56,712 nucleotides of DNA from an uncultured Candidatus Saccharibacteria bacterium (lineage in GTDB: Bacteria > Patescibacteriota > Minisyncoccia > Minisyncoccales > CAZKCU01). The DNA lies in NCBI GenBank assembly GCA_964431915.1, contig CAYSLI010000002.1, positions 89,503 through 146,214 on the forward strand, read 5' to 3'. The position numbers and the translations under genes are program-made. Shown piece by piece: positions 54,893 to 56,712 of the stretch. The first letter of the stretch is position 1. Each line of letters opens with the position of its first letter. The notes below the pieces were generated by a model. It searched no databases, was not told the origin of the DNA, and saw only the letters and a program-made list of their open reading frames with translations.

Positions 54893-56395
54893 AATACGAT
54901 TTGACGAGTTTTCCGCCTCGCTCGGGCATTCCGCCCTCGCTTCGGCGGGTAAAAAATAAAGTAAATTCCAGGGTTTTTTGAAATCAATTTCCAATCGCCC
55001 ACGGGCAAGGCGGCGGTTCAAGCCGATTTTTTTAAGAAAATTTTTCATCTCGGAAAAATTTCCTTGCAAAGCGAGATTTTTGGCTTGGTTGGCTTCCAAA
55101 ATCCAGTTTCGGGTGAGTTCAAGCCAATGATTACCTTTTCGCTCAAAATCACTCAATTTTTCCTCTTTTGTTTTCTTTTCCGCCATTAGGGCGTTTTTTG
55201 TTTGCTGATATTCCGCCAGTTCCATTGCTTCCGCAAGGTAAGCGTTGGTCAATCTTTCCATTTTTGTTTTAATGGCGGAAATTTCTTTTCTGAGATTTTG
55301 AGCGAAAAGATCTGATGTTTGGCGGTTCTCATTTTCCCATTTTTTCAATTTGCTTAAATATCTATCTCGCCAAACATCAGGCAAAGAAACTTTTTGACAA
55401 TAATTTTTTATTTGCTTGGCAAAATTTTCCTCCCGCAAAAAGCGTCTTTGAGAGCATTTTTGAATTTTGCTTTTGTATGTACAGTGGTAATAAATAAATT
55501 CCAATCCGCTTTTTTTAATTTGCTTTTCCGCTGTAACGGCATAGCCGCATTCTCCGCATTTAGCAAAATTCAAAAACTTAAAATCTTTTTCTTTGCGCTT
55601 TTTGCGGGGTTTGCCGTTGTCTTTTAACGCCTGCTGTATTTGGTCAAAAAGTTTCTTTGAAATCATTGGCTTATGGCTCCCTTGGTGAATTTCGCCGCGA
55701 TAGCGAAAATGTCCATAGTAAAAAGGATTTGTCAAAATATGCTGAATTGTAGAGAGATGAAGCGGTTTTCCCTCTTTGCCAACCAAGCCAAGAGAAAACA
55801 TTTTGCTTTGAATTTTTGTTAGCGTATATTCGCCAGTGGCAAAAGCCCTTAAAACTTCCTTCACTTTGTTAAAAGTTCTTTTATCAGGTTCAATCGTTCT
55901 TAATCTCGGTTCGTTGAAATATCCGAGCGGGGCTTTTGCCGAAAGTTCGCCTCGCCTGATTTTCTGCCGTATTCCTCTTAAAATGTTTTCTCTTAAATTG
56001 TCGGTGTAATATTTCGCTTGTCCAAAAGCAACGCTCAACATAAATTTTCCCTGTGGCGTTGGTTCAAACCAAAAAGTAGGGAATTTTAGCGATTTGATTT
56101 TCTCGTTATCCACGAGATAAATAATTTTTCCGCCGTCAACGGAATTGCGAGCAAGTCTGTCGGGATTCCACGCTAAAATTCCCTGGGCGTTTCCTTTTTC
56201 AATTCTCGCGAGCATTTGATTAAATATTTCTCTACCTGGCTCTTTGGCTGTTTTACTTTCAGTCCATTCGCGAACAATAAAAAGATTGTTTTGCTTGGCA
56301 AACTCTCTTAATTCGGCAAGCTGGGCTTCTATGCTCAAAACCTGCCTTTCCTCGTCCTCTGACGATTTTCTGCAATAAATGAAATATTTAATCAT
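54824..56395 (-). CDS. Large serine recombinase (resolvase, recombinase and zinc-ribbon domains)
   Basis: YCRKSSEDEERQ..SIEAQ catalytic Ser, SAKEPGR..F, DRLAR, NPFYYG and CGECG...YYHC; last 23 codons are antisense tRNA-Ala; AAGGAG RBS at 56405-10. Confidence 0.95.
   Translation of the reverse strand: MIKYFIYCRKSSEDEERQVLSIEAQLAELREFAKQNNLFIVREWTESKTAKEPGREIFNQMLARIEKGNAQGILAWNPDRLARNSVDGGKIIYLVDNEKIKSLKFPTFWFEPTPQGKFMLSVAFGQAKYYTDNLRENILRGIRQKIRRGELSAKAPLGYFNEPRLRTIEPDKRTFNKVKEVLRAFATGEYTLTKIQSKMFSLGLVGKEGKPLHLSTIQHILTNPFYYGHFRYRGEIHQGSHKPMISKKLFDQIQQALKDNGKPRKKRKEKDFKFLNFAKCGECGYAVTAEKQIKKSGLEFIYYHCTYKSKIQKCSQRRFLREENFAKQIKNYCQKVSLPDVWRDRYLSKLKKWENENRQTSDLFAQNLRKEISAIKTKMERLTNAYLAEAMELAEYQQTKNALMAEKKTKEEKLSDFERKGNHWLELTRNWILEANQAKNLALQGNFSEMKNFLKKIGLNRRLARGRLEIDFKKPWNLLYFLPAEARAECPSEAENSSNRIWWTLGDLNSQPSVCKTDALPLS
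54887..55020 (-). repeat. Left copy of a 134-bp perfect inverted repeat (tRNA CCACCA end plus recombinase 3' region)
   Basis: Base-by-base reverse complement of 56534-56667. Confidence 0.97.
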
Positions 56396-56533
56396 AGTTT
56401 TTTACTCCTTAATTGTTATTGAAAAAGGAAACGTCACACCGACAATTTAATAAAATCTCGCTTTGCCTTTCGCCGAAGGCGAAAGAAAAAAAATCGGCTC
56501 TGTTTGCCCTTTGGGCAAAACAAATTTCATTTG

Positions 56534-56667
56534 TGAACCGCCGCCTTGCCCGTGGGCGATTGGAAATTGATTTCAAAAAACCCTGGAATTTACTTTATTT
56601 TTTACCCGCCGAAGCGAGGGCGGAATGCCCGAGCGAGGCGGAAAACTCGTCAAATCGTATTTGGTGG
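56534..56667 (+). repeat. Right copy of the 134-bp inverted repeat, continuing into an attP-like arm
   Basis: Identical to the recombinase 3' region up to TGGTGG, then diverges to TGT TTG CTG GAC GAA ATC CGA ACT (CLLDEIRTHFEKNPL). Confidence 0.95.
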
Positions 56668-56712
56668 TGTTTGCTGGACGAAATCCGAACTCATTTTGAG
56701 AAAAATCCGCTT

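Noticed and set aside
54720-54929. 69-aa minus-strand ORF
   Set aside because: It is the antisense of tRNA-Ile/tRNA-Ala (GFEP/ESNLRP-type shadow).

Overview
Chromosomal window from a small-genome bacterium. It is most likely Patescibacteria/Parcubacteria, inferred from the 16S sequence, intron-bearing rRNA, loss of the anti-Shine-Dalgarno tail, short EF-Ts and a truncated dcw cluster. It contains the 3' part of a Cys-rich surface protein, mraZ-rsmH-ftsL-ftsI, transporters, replication and translation genes (dnaB, recR, dnaX, cysS, rplU, rplY, prfA, rpmE, rpsB, tsf), a glycolysis/redox cluster (galU to fba), five tRNAs and a 16S gene. The 16S gene carries a group I and a group II intron, each encoding a LAGLIDADG endonuclease. 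Highlights: (1) a serine recombinase integrated at tRNA-Ala and flanked by a perfect 134-bp inverted repeat whose right copy continues into an alternative 'W-x3-D-x2-R-T' tail. (2) A ~10-kb accessory array downstream of tRNA-Gln, punctuated by same-strand relics of that tail and by a repeated terminator/extended -10/leaderless-ATG module, suggestive of serially captured, recombinase-less cassettes. (3) A group I intron that appears to end in A instead of the conserved G. (4) An intergenic hairpin repeat that also forms the V1 and V2 helices of the 16S rRNA. (5) Small palindromic repeats inserted in-frame into enzymes. All calls were made by eye plus the supplied ORF track; no database searches were run.
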